A stretch of DNA of 64,000 nt. Source: Octopus bimaculoides (lineage: Eukaryota). Below are positions 27,823 to 41,500 of this stretch, one piece after another. The notes beneath the pieces are model-generated. The model had not been told where the DNA came from. It searched no databases and worked only from the letters and a program-made list of their open reading frames with translations. The DNA is taken from positions 180,613,545 to 180,677,544 of the forward strand of contig NC_068981.1 in NCBI RefSeq assembly GCF_001194135.2, written 5' to 3'. The translations under genes and the position numbers were made by a program. Within the stretch, counting starts at the first letter, position 1, and every line of letters begins with the position of its first letter.

Positions 27823-29497
27823 GTTTAACATCCGCTTTCCATGCTAGCATGGGTTGGACGATTTGACTGAGGACTGGTGAAACCAGATGGCTACACCGGC
27901 TCCAATCTGATTTGGCAGAGTTTCTACAGCTGGATGCCCTTCCTAACGCCAACCACTCAGAGAGTGTAGTGGGTGCTTTTACGTGTCACCTGCACGAAGG
28001 CCAGTCAGGCGGTACTGGCAACGGCCACACACTCAAGCAGAGTAACCAACCTGGCAGAAAAAGCTTCATTCTTAAGTAATTAAAAAAGTAGTTCTATTGA
28101 CAACTTCATTAGAGAAGAATTAGTGAGAGATCAAAATCAGTAAAGACAATGAAATGTTGGTTAACATATGCAAACTTAAATCAGGATTTAGATTATTTAT
28201 AAGATATACCTTTGTTAATAATTCTAATAGCCTTATCTCCTAAATTGCCATAACTCCAGTGTCCTCTAGTTTCTTTCAGTGAAAGTATCATACTGTGTTT
28301 TGGTTTTCATCATCATCATCGTTTAACGTCCGCTTTCCATGCTAGCATGGGTTGGACGATTTGACTGAGGACTGGTGAAACCGGATGGCTACACCGGGCT
28401 CCAATCTGATTTGGCAGAGTTTCTACAGCTGGATGCCCTTCCTAACGCCAACCACTCTGAGAATGTAGTGGGTGCTTTTACGTACCACCGGCACGAGGGC
28501 CAGTCAGGCGGTACTGGCAACGGCCACGCTCAAATGGTGTATTTTATGTGCCACCCGCACAAGAGCCAGTCCAGGGGCACTGGCAACGATCTCGCTCGAA
28601 AGTCCGACTTTAGTAAAAGTCTGAACTATTGTAACTTAAAAGTAATTCTGTTAAATACTAGTTAATGGAAGTGACAACGCTTAAAAACAAATAATTACCA
28701 GATTTTGTGATATGCAACAATTCATTACATTTCATAGCTGGAATGTTGCAGGCTTGTTCTTGTGTTTTTATTTTTGAGGCCAAAAGCATGAAGGAGATCA
28801 ACAATTATATTTTAATCAGTTTTACAATTAAAATGAGGAAATCATGCATCAAAAGGGAGTCTATTTTGATGGAACCAAGAGACCTGTCCATTCCATCCAT
28901 CATTTCCACCTACTGTTCCTTGGAGTAGAGTCCTCAGGCACTTCCTTCATAAGGCCCCATTAGAAACAACCATTATTAGACTTTCCAGCTGCATTTCCAA
29001 GCATGACCAGCTGAAACTATGGATATTATCCAACCATCTTGTTCTTAGTCTACCTCTGGGTCTCTTGCCAGTTGGTTCACCTTGAAGAATCTGTCTTGTA
29101 AGACAGGTAATGGAAATGACAAGTAAATAGTTTTAAAGCAACTGTAATCTGGTCACACTAGTATTTCAAAGGCAAAGGAGAAAGATCTTGTGACTCTTTA
29201 CCAAAAGCTCACAATACTGAAAATCTACCATTTCTATAAATGGTAGAAACTATAGACTAAAAGTTGTATCACTTTACTTTTATTATATACTCTTTTACTT
29301 GTTTCAGTCATTTGACTGCGGCCATGCTGGAGCACCACCTTTAGTCGAAGAAATCGACCCCAGGACTTATTGTTTATAAGCCTAGTACTTATTCTATCGG
29401 TCGCTTTTGCCGAACCGCTAAGTTACGGGAATGTAAACACACCAGCATCAGTTGTCAAGCAATGTTGGGGGACAAACACAGACACACAAGCATATAT

Positions 29498-29547
<50 letters not shown>

Positions 29548-32500
29548 GACGGGCTTCTTTCAGTTTCCGTCTACCAAATCCACTCACAAGGCTCTGGTCG
29601 GCCTGAGGCTATAGTAGAAGACACTTGCCCAAGGTGCCACGCAGTAGGACTGAACCCAGAACCATGTGGTTCGTAAGCAAGCTACTTACCACACAGCCAC
29701 TCCTGCCCCTATATATGAAATCATTGTCTGAACCAACTCTAATTAAACCGAAAACTCATGTAACTTGACATTTTTACATATTAAACAAGATATATGTCCA
29801 TATTATTTTACATGTTCTATCTTTAGTTGATGTACAAATTTTAATTTGAATTGCAAGAAGGTAAAGAATTTCTACATCAAACTTTAAAACGTTTTTTATC
29901 AAATGTAACCTTTTGGAGTTATTATAATTCAATTTATTACTGAGGATATACATTTATAAAATATATTTTGTGTATGTGTCTGTAATTTGATAATCTCTTG
30001 ATTCTAAAATCCATAGGCTAAGATTACATCAGAACTGAGTTCTGCGACCTCTATGGTGAGTAACCTGCAGCTGGAAGTATCAGCCATTCGTAAACAAGAA
30101 ACTGAGTTAAGACAGAAGTTGAATTCCACAATGACAGACAAAACTGCTACCAAGGAGCAAATAGAAAATTTAAATAAACAAGTTGAAGGTAAAAAAAACT
30201 TATTTTTATTATAACTGTATAATGTCATAATGTCATCAGAATTTATAAAATTAGAGAAAATGTGAAATAATTCCATTCTGGAACAGTGGATCTTGAAGCT
30301 GTGAAAGTTATAAATAAAAGCATGTAAATACTGGATTAAAAATCCCTTTGGATAGAAAATGTTAACCTCTGGTAGACTTTGACCTTTTCTATCCAAAAGG
30401 GTTTTTTAACCCAATATTTACATACTATCATTTATAGCTTTAACTGCTTCAAGATCCACTGTTCCAAAAAAGAATTATAACTATATAAATCTTTCTCTAA
30501 CTCGTTATCACCTGTAAAGTCTATGTTGTTTTTAATTACCCTTGCAATTTGAAGATATCCATCATCATTGTTATCTGCTCTTGGGAACTTACTTATTTCC
30601 AGATTCAATAATATTGGTTTCAAATTTTGGCCCAAGGCCAGCAATTTCAGAGGAGTGGGTAAGTCGATTACATCCACCTCCATGTTCAACTGGTACTTAT
30701 TTTATTGACCATGAAAGGATGAAAGACAAAATCGACTTCAGCAGAACTTGAACTCAAAATATAAAGACAGACGAAATGGCACTAAGCATTTTACCCAGTG
30801 TGCTATGATTCTGCCAGCTTGCTGTCTTTCCAAATTCAATAACATCTGAAATAAATCATCTGTAATTTTCCCAAAGAATCACTACTTTATTTTTACTGTT
30901 AGATGGCACATAGAATTAAGCACCTTTTCTAGAGATGCATGGTGAATATATGCTGGCTGAATTGAATATGGACTCGTGTTTCATTTGCTGGCAATTCAAT
31001 AATGTATCTGCTTGGCCATTTCAAATTTATCATCCCAGTACTAGGCTTACAAAGAATAAGTCTTGGGGTCGATTTGCTCTACTAAAGGCGGGGCTCCAGC
31101 ATGGCCACAGTCTAATGACTGAAACAAGTAGAAGAGTATACCATGCATAGACATAACTTTATCTTTTACTTGTTTCAGTCATTAGACTGTGGCCATGCTG
31201 GGGCACCACCTCAAAGAAGTTTTAGCCAAATGAATTGACTCCAGTACCCATTTGTTTTTTTTTGTTTTTTGCATGGTACTTATTCTATTTGTCTCTTTTG
31301 CCAAACCGTTAAGTTATAGGGTATAAATGCACCAACACTGGTTGTCAAGCAATGGTGGAGAACGGACACGAAGACACAACACATATGCATACACATATAT
31401 ATGACAGGCTTCTTTCAGTTTCCATATACTAAATCCACTCACAAAGCTTTGGTCAGCCTGAGACTATAGTAAAAAACACTTGCCTTAGATGCCACATAGT
31501 GGGATTGAACTTGGAGTCATGTGGTTGAGAAGCAAGCTTCTTACCACACAGTCACGCTTGCACCTATATATTCATAAGATATATCAGTGTATATTTACTG
31601 GGTATGTGTCTGCATATGTGCCTAATTTGATAATTTCTTTAGTCTAATATCCATAAACCAAGATTGCAACAGAGTTCTGCAGCTGTAAGAATCAACCATT
31701 TATAAACAAGCATTTTGTGAAGTAAAAAGACATCTTTATCTTTTATCTTTTAATTGTTTCGGTCATTGTGGTGTGGCCATGCTGGAGCACCACCTTAAAA
31801 GGTTGAGAAGAACAAACCAATCCCAGTACTTACTATTTTATAAGCCTGGTACTTATTGTAACAGTCTCTTTTGCCCAACTGCTAAGTTGTGAGAACATAA
31901 ACAGATCAACAATAGTTGTCAAGTGGTATAGTGGCGGAGGGAACACAACTACAATGACACACATGCGCGTGTGCGCGCACACACACGTAATACATACATA
32001 CGTACACACAACAGGCTTCTTTCAGTTTCCATCTACCAAAACGCTTGGTCATTGTGTCATGCAGTAGGACTGAACCCAAGATCATGTGGCTGGGGAAGCA
32101 AGCTTCTTAACAACACAGTTTTTATGAATGTATGTCTTATTATGTGTGACATAATTCGTCATGCATAATCACAGCAGACTTTTGATGATAAGACAAAATA
32201 TTATTAGGTCACTAAATAGGAATTGCTCTGAAAGTAAAGAGACACAATGACTTAGTGATTATTCTTCTTTTTCTTTTTTGCTCCAATTTTTTTTTTTTTT
32301 TTTTTTTTTAGATCATCATCATCATTTAACATCCATAAAAGACACCATTTCGAGCGTGGCCGTTTTCGTGCAGGTGACACGTAAAAGCACCCACTACACT
32401 CTCTGAGTGGTTGGCGTTAGGAAGGGCATCCAGCTGTAGAAACTCTGCCAAATTAGATTGGAGCCTGATGTTGCCATCCGGTTTCACCAGTCCTCAGTCA

Positions 32501-35500
32501 AATCGTCCAACCCATGCTAGCATGGAAGGCGGACGTTAAACGATGATGATGATATCCATAGTAGCATAATTTGGACAGTTTGACCAGAGCTGATGAGGCC
32601 AGGGGTTGCACAAGGCTCCGTTGTCTATTCTGGCATGGTTTCTATGGCTGAATGCCCTTCCTAACACCATAGGTGCCTTTTAAAATGGTTTCCATAACTC
32701 TGATATCAATTTTTGAAATAATATCACATGTATATGCAAACATTATTTCTTTGTATCTTTATTTTAATAATTCAATCTCCCATGGAGCATTTAATCATAG
32801 TTGGAAAAATCAAACGCATTTAAAGAGGTTTTAAACGCGATGTAAATGATTATCTTCCTCAACAGAGAATCAAGAACAGCTAGCAGAGATGACAAATTTG
32901 TATAAAGAAGAACGTCAACAACGGAAGACACTCACCAACAAAATAAATCAGCTAAATGAAGAAATTTCAGACTTGAAGTCATCTTGTGAATCTTTAGAAA
33001 AGGTGAGTGTAATATTAGAACCAACTTCGAGATTCAAAACCTTTGATAATATAATACAGCCTATAAATTTTTGTTGAAGTTATGTCTAATTTTTTTTCAT
33101 TACTGTTAATAATCTAATGACAGTTTTTTGGGTTTTTTTCTCTTATGTAAATCATTAAGTACTTTAGAGTGAAGATTTTGAACAAAGTTACTATAGAAGG
33201 ACTTGGTAACAAAACTTCATATTATTGACATATTCAAAGAGACATTTGAACATGCAGCTATACAGGCAGCTAAGAAATGATAGTTTGACTGGCCTGAAGA
33301 TGATAAAACAATGGAAAAACATTTCCTTAGAGTAGAAAGTGATGAAAGAAAGGTACCTGTTAAATGAGGGCAAGATTTAAAATGGAAATAGTATGATCTG
33401 TTGAGGCAAATGAAATCGAAATCAAACCAAATTTGACGACTGGCAACCTCTCCAACCTCTCCTTCATTGGACACGAAGCTCGGCTTGCGATGACCTGTTG
33501 GGGCAAGTGAAATCAAAATCGTGATTGAACCAAATTCGATGTCTGGCACCTGTGCCAGTGGAGTACTAAGAGCACCGTCCAAGCGTGATCATTGCCAGAG
33601 CAGCTGTCTGACTTCTGTGCCAGTGGCATGTAAATAGCACCATTTGAGTGTGATCATTACCAGTGTCGCCTTACTGGCACGTGAAAAAACATTTGGGCGA
33701 GGTTGTTGCCAGTGCCGCTGAACTGGCTCCTGTGCAGGTGGCACGTAAAAAACACCATTTTGAGCATGGCCGTTGCCAGTACCACCTGACTGGCCCTCGT
33801 GCTGGTGCACGTAAAAGCACCCACTACCCTCTCGGAGTGGTTGGCGTTAGGAAGGGCTTCCAGCTGTAGAAACTCTGCCAAATCAGATTGGAGCCTGGTG
33901 CAGCCCTCTGGTTCGCCAGTCCTCAGTCAAATCGTCCAACCCATGCTAGCATGGAAGGCAGACGTTAAACGATGATGATGATGATATAATTTTGAGTTAA
34001 AAGGGATATGGTATACTAAATTTGCAGGCTTTTAGAATGGATGATTTTATAATTGAAATTAAAAGCTCTGTAGCTAAGTTGATATTTTTATTTACATTTT
34101 TTCTCTTTCTCAGAATGTCACGGAACGCAAAAAGAAAGCTCTTGATGAGAGAAGACGACATGAAGAGGAAATAGATGAACTAAAGTCACAGTTTGAGGTG
34201 AGGTGTTCTCCTGTTAGTATTTCTTGCACTTTCATTTGTTTACATTGGTGTGAAAAAAAATGGGTTGGTCTGTGGTTGGAAATATAGCAGCCATTGGGAA
34301 CAGACTTTTATGTGATATCACATTTTAATTTTTTTAAAGAAAGATATATTTGTAAGGAATTTGGTGAAACACAATGACTGCGAAATTAAGACTATTGAAT
34401 ATAAAGTTCAGATTTTACACCAATTTAACATTTTTTGTATTGTTGCTACGAAGAACTTGCATTGATGTAGCTAGCCAGTGGTTGTTAATAAGGCTGATAG
34501 TTGAGTTCTAAAGCAAAACACCTTGCCTAATACCACATTTTTGGTCATTCAAGTTTCACACCTTTCTAATGTTACATGGAGGACATCTTTAAAAATTTAT
34601 GAAGCATAAATTGATTAGTTTTAACTCATAAATGCCAGAACAACAACATGAAGATGCTCGGTGATCTTATGGTTGTAAGTGCTTTCAATATTAATGAACA
34701 AGAACTACATCACATTTCTGCTATCTCAACATTTTAATCTGCCTATTTTAGACGGATTTAGAAACCTACCGCAAAAAACTCCGTGCCCAGAAAGCTTCAG
34801 CAGTTTCTAGTGAACAGGTAAGTTGAGATGGTTTCTTTTTGTTTAAAGATATCTCTTTGTACACTATTTACATTATTTATATTTGACGGATATTTATCCT
34901 CATCTTGTTTGTTGTTAACACGTTTCGGCTGATATACCCTCTAGCCTTCATCAGGTGTCTTGGGGAAATTTCGAACCTGTGTTCTCATTCTTAAGGTATT
35001 TTTTGATTGGTATATTATTGTAGTTGTTATTGTTCAGGTCACTGCCTGGAATCGAACTCGGAATCTTAGAATTAGTAGCCCATGCTCTTAACCACTACAC
35101 CATATGCCTGTGGGCAATCATGGAGTGAATTTTAGGGCTTATAAATCTAATATTTTTTTATCCTTCCTTAATACCAGTTCCCATATGCTATTCATATGTG
35201 CACTCGGGCTGCTTAGGAGGTTGTTGTGTCCTAGCATATGTGCTGCTTCTTTTAGATTTCATATTTTCCAGTGGTGTTCTCTGTCTATTATTTTAACTTC
35301 ATCCCGCAAGGGGAGGTGGTCTCCATTTTTCCATACATGATCAGCTGTACCCGATTTATCAATATCTCCTCGTGTCACAGCTTTGCGATGTTCCTCTACT
35401 CTTATTTTGAAGGGGCAGCATGTTTCGCCTTTGTATAACCTACCACAGCTGCATGGGATGGAGTACACACGATTTTTGGTCATATTCTCTTCTATTGGTG

Positions 35501-38500
35501 GTTTTACCTGGAGGTGATACTTACGGAGTGTTGTATTACTCTTGAATACTGTCTTGATGTCATATCTTTTGTATCTTTTCGGAGAGGCCTTTCACATAGG
35601 GTAGACAGACTGTAGACAGTTTATTTTATATTTTTATTGACTTCACTGTTTGGGCTCTGTTTATGCTAGGATACTGCCTTCAGGTGTTTTTAGTCAATCA
35701 TAAGTAACTCCAGTACTATTTTGTTTAGTATTTATTTCGTTAATATATATTTGATGCATGTGTATGTTTTGATGTTTGTTTGTTTGTTTGTTTTTTCTTA
35801 GTTCATTTTCTAATCTTTTTTTATTTATTTATTTAGACATTACATATTGAAGAAGAACTAAAGAGAGAATATGAAGAGAAAGCCAAACGAACTCAACAGT
35901 TAGCTGAAGAGAAACATAAAAGAGCGCTCGAGGTTTTAGCAGAGGAAAAATCTGGACTCGAACAAAATCAGAAAGAACTTGAAGATAAAGTTAGTTTATA
36001 GATGTTTTTACTTCTGTTTTGTGTTATTTTTGTTGTTGTTTTTTATAATATGGAGGGTTAAAGGAGTTTAATTAACGAAAAAGGTGGTACAGCATTGGAT
36101 TAAATGTTCTATAGTATGTAGTTTTATCTATGTTCAAAGTCCTGTGGTTGGAGGTCAATAAAATAAGTGCTAGGGTTATGTTTCACCTATGATTCAGTCA
36201 GTGTAGCTTTCTCTGTAAATTGGTCTAAGAATTTATATGTTGATGATGATGATTTTAATATATAACATATAAATAAGACTTCTAAAGATTATTCTAAACT
36301 TAATTTTCAAATTTCTGGTAATCTTGCAGAGAAAAATTACAATATACACACAATAAAAACTGTTTTATATAGAATCAATTAATCTTTTAGGGGTTAATAT
36401 AGTTTCATAACACTGTGTAACAAAATTTTTCATTTTGCTTTTGTCTTTGGTTAGTAACTGTTATTTCTTTTTTGCTTATATTTGGAAATCAAATGAAATC
36501 ACTACTATTCCCTTCAAATTTTGCTTTGTGACCTGGACATCGAAGTTTTGATCTATTTTCCATTAAATTTCAGATACATTCAGTGCTGAGTTGCTGAAGC
36601 AGAAATATTATTATAGCAAATATTCTGTTCAAACCACAGTTGCTTGACCTTAACCACTTGAGCATGTCTCTTAGCGGCTGACAATATGTGCATCTCTGAT
36701 CATGAGCAGGAGTAGTGGAGGAGCACCATAGCCATGTGTTGAGAGGGATTCTTTGGGGTTTGAATAAATGTAACAAAAGCAAAGTTTGAAGAAAATATTT
36801 AGCCATTTTTCATACTTTCTAGGGGTGAGCAAATAGGAAATAACAGTTGCTACCCAAGGATAAAAATCGTGTTACTACAATGTCATGAATCATAGCTAAA
36901 TTATTCTCATAAAAACCTCGCAATCTGTGTGTGTGTGTGTTTTTAACATTTGTAACACTAACCATTTCTAGTGAAATAAGCGTGATACAACATTTTAGCT
37001 AGGTTAACTAAAGTAAGCAGAGGGATGTGCTGAGGAGATTTCAGATCACATTTGCAAGTAATGTAAAATAGTAGTCTAATAAAATTAGTGCTGATCTGCG
37101 TTAGTGAAGGACAAGATAGCATATAATATCTAAAGTACTTTCTGCTGTCTGTGCTCTCACTACTGTCTTACATTCATCATCATCATCATGCATCCATTTT
37201 CCATGCTAGCATGTGTAAGACAGTTTGACTGGAGCTTGTAAGCAGGAGAGCTGCACGAGACTCAGGTCTGTTTTGGTTTGGCTTTTACAGCTGGATGCCC
37301 TTCCTAATGCCAACCACTCCACAGTGTACTATGTGCCTTTCACATGTCACCAGCACAGGCCATGACATAGGCTATTTATGGCTAAAGTTCCATAATGATT
37401 GCAAAATGAAATAACAAGCTTGTGTTTCATAAGAAGTGAATGTTAGTGTTTCAGGAGATAAGGGACCTTCCATGAAATGCTACACTTTTCTTCTCCTGAA
37501 AAATAATGAAAAAAATAATTTTGTAAAAATTTTATCAATAAATAAGTGACATTCTTTTTCCCTTTCTTTCTTTCAGATTGCAAACCAAAAAGTTGTTGCA
37601 GCTCAGAGAGAAAATACCATAACAAAATTAAATGAACAACTTGAGCAACTGCTTGGTTGGAAAGAAAAGGTAGTCTTCTACACCAATCATCCAGTTTTTA
37701 ACTTTATAATCACCTTTTACTTCATAACATTTTGCTGTTAATTTTTTTTACCTTCCAATATTGTAGGAGAAAGAATGATATACAAGTTAATAAGGGAAGA
37801 AGCAGGGATGACCATGATCTTTGTAAGCTTGCTCAGACTAATGAGATTGCACTTGATGTTCAGTTTAAGCAATAATAGGTCAATGTCTGCAGGACAAGCA
37901 TAATGCAAAGAAGGAAATCCAGAGAATGGTAGCTCAAGGGAAGAAGGGTTGAGAAAAGCATTTAATCTGATAAAGGGGGAGAATGAGAATTGCTGATCAT
38001 TGCATGACATCCAGAAGTCGTATGTCAACTGGTCTCATGGCAGTCAGTTGAAGGAAGAATCAACAGAGAAAGAAAACGTCTGACCTATGTGGACAACTTG
38101 CTTCAGGAATGGCAAATGTTGAATTAAGAACATGCATGGGGGACCATGATGGATGGTGTGCCCATGAAGGCGGCGAGCTGGCAGAAACGTTAGTGCGCCG
38201 GGTGAAATGCTTAGCGGTATTTCATCTGCTGTTACGTTCTGAGTTCAAATTCCGCCAAGGTCAACTTTGCCTTTCATCCTTTCGGGGTCGATAAATAAAG
38301 TACCAGTTATGCACTGGGGTCGATCTAATCGACTTAATCCCTTTGTCTGTCCTTGTTTGTCCCCTCTTTGTTTAGCCCCCTGTGGGCAATAAAGAAATAA
38401 GGATGGTGTACTCATGTGAAGTCATTGAAATGTCCAGGAAGATGGCCAAACTAAACTAACTAAAGGATCTGAGACACAGTGAGGATGATAGGAGGAAGAA

Positions 38501-41500
38501 AGATGTGAAGTGAGCGAGTAGGTAAATAGCCAGGTAAGAAGAGCTGAAACTAATGCAGTAGCTATAGAAGAGACAGAGAGGAAATCCTGTATCTGTAACG
38601 TAGTGATTAAAGTATGTTGGTGAGTGAAGGACCTTTTGGAAGTTGTTGAGATTGTGTATGTTTGTGTACAGCAGCAGGTTCAGTCCCACTGTGTGACATC
38701 TTGAGTAAGTATCTTCTACTATAACCCCCAGACCAACCAGAACCTTGTAAACGGATCTGGTTGGACTATACGGGTGACTAGACTATAGCCTGTATGTATG
38801 TTTGTTCCCTTGATTTGGCACTACACGACAGTTGTAAACAAGCATCACAGTCATATTAGCGGTGTCTTTTGGTTCCAGTCTTCCATGAAAACATGGCCAA
38901 CCACGAGGAAATATTACTTTGCTTAGAAATAAATGAGTGTTGGCAACAGGAAGGGCATCTGGTCATACAAAAATCTGCTTCAATGAAGTCTGACTGACCT
39001 CTGCAAGCATGGAAACATGGATATTAAAATTACGATGATATGTATGAATATAATACATATGTTCATAAAGTCGAATCAGTCAGTTATTTGTATTGTTTTA
39101 CATTTGTGATAAGTACATATTTAATTTTTTTTTTTTTTTTTTTTTTTTTACTTTCAGTATGAGAAACTACGTTCACAGGCATCTTCTATGAAAACAAAAT
39201 ATGAAGAAAGAATTCAAGAACTTCAAGACGAAGTTGAACAATATCAAGATCAAGTGAACAATGCTAACACAGCCAATAATGTAAATACAGATGTTTTTAC
39301 TGAGGTAGGTTCATTTTAAGTCTAAAAATTTTCCAGCGGTGGTGCTAAGACGGTTGTTGTTCAGCTCCAGATCAACTGTGATTGAACAGACCTTTAATCA
39401 AAGACATTCTAAACATGACCATTCTCTTTTTTTATTTTGGATATGTGACCATTTTTTAATCTTTTACAGGGTAGGGTATGATTTAAGGGATATTTGTCTT
39501 TCTAGCAGGTCGTGCAATTCCAGAGCTTCCCTCCTCAGCTTGAGAAGTATTCCTTCAGGGTTAGAAAATATTTCTGTCCCACAACAGCTGCTAATGCTCA
39601 AGGCTCAAGTGAGACTTGCAATGTAGGATTGCTCCCACATCTGGAAAACAAATACCCTGGACCACATTCAGGGAAAGCCCACTCATTCAATGGACACACT
39701 CCTGCCTCTGTCCCACAGAAATTCTGTCTCTCCTCTCTAACTTTTCTATTACTATTATTATGGCTTCTGCTCTTCAAAGCTGGCTGGTCTTGTACTTTCA
39801 TAACTCAGGCGCTGTGATGTTTTGAAGTGTTTGAGAGAGGACATTTGACAAAAGTGACTGGATCTGCGGAGCGCAAAGAATTTGGATTTTTCACCAAGCT
39901 CCCCTCACTCGTTAGTTTCTCACCATGAAACAAAATGGTATCACTTCTGCACCCACCCTGTTTGCCAGATTTAGCACCTGCAGATTTCCATCTCTTCCCT
40001 GAGATGAAAACGCAGCTCAAACATCACCACTTTAACACTTGTCAAGATCCAGAGCGAATCACAGAAGGTCCTCAACTCATTTATTGAAAAGGACTTCCAG
40101 GCCAGATTCCAAAAGTGGCAGGAATGCTGGGACCAGTGTATTACTGCACAAGGTGACAAATTTTGAAGGAGATGGTGTTAAAACTTGGGTAAATAAGTTA
40201 TTTTTTGTTAAACATAAGTCTGGGAACCTTTTGATACCACCTTGTGTATGTATGTATGTATGTATATATGAGTGTGTACATATGCATGTGTAAACACATA
40301 TAAACATTTATTTTCAGGTGAAAAAGGTAATGAATGGTGTTTACCAGAGTGCACGGTCTGAACTAAAGACAGAGGGAAGTTACAAAGGTTCAGAGGTCTT
40401 ATCTGTTTTACTTCATATTATTAAGGTAAATAACCTTGATTTCTCCCCCACCCCACCCACTCTCTCACATATTGCCTTTTTTTGATACATTTGAGTTTTT
40501 AAACATTGTAACCAGGCTCCAGAATTTTATCAATCAGATTGTTTTTTTGTATCCAGGTGTTGATCAGTGACTAGTATGGGTGTGCAGACCACACAGAACG
40601 ACCACTTTATACATTTGTGTTTGTTGTAGTCAAAGAGATGTTACATTTAAGGAAGTGCACAACCAGTTTGTCTACCACACAGAGTGGCCAAAACCCATGC
40701 TTTGCCACTAACATAATATTGCATTCAGAAAGTTTAATGGATAGCTAGAAGTAGCAAAAATGGTGCAGTAAGCCTACCCAATATCAACATAGAGACTTAG
40801 CATTAGATGGTATATTTCTTATAGTCTAAATTTCTCCAATATATGACTGATATTTATTTTATCAACCTTGAAGGACAAATATCAGACAGCTCTTGTGAGA
40901 TTTGGCTGTTGAACAGTGGACTACTGCACAAGATAGCATATAATATCAAAAGTACTTTCTGCTGTCTGTGCTCTCACTATTGTCTTACATTCAACATCAT
41001 CATCATCATTTAGCATCCATTTTCCATACTAGCATGTGTAAGACAGTTTGACTGGAGCTTGTAAGCAGGAGAGCTGCACGGGACTCAAGTCTGTTTTGGT
41101 ACGACTTTTACAGCTGGATGCCCTTCCTAATGCCAACCACTCCAAAGTGTACTATGTGCCTTTCACATGTCACCAGCACAAGCTATGACATAGGCTATTT
41201 ATGGTTAATGAAGAATTCAAATATCAACCAATTGTAGTCAAACAAAGTTCCAAATCTTAAGAGCATGGTTTATTGAGTTCAAAGACCTAAGCATCCACAT
41301 AAAGACCAAAGTAAGAAGGAGCCTAAGATCCTGATGCCAGTGGAGACGTTGCTTTCTTGACATGTAAGAAAGCCAGAAAAGGTGATGTGGGTTCTGCTTC
41401 TGTTAGACTATTGTAGATGCACAGGAGAAGACAGCTATAAGATTATTCATGAAATAAAACCCATGACTGTTCAGAGGGTTCACTAGATGTAGCTGGTAGT

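Noticed and set aside
30004-30396. 130-aa minus-strand ORF
   Set aside because: It is the antisense shadow of FKBP15 exon 30017-30188 plus AT-rich intron.
33520-33830. Regularly spaced ~60-nt repeats with hairpins, superficially CRISPR-like
   Set aside because: Eukaryotic intron; the units are degenerate modules of a dispersed retroposon, with no unique spacers and no cas genes.
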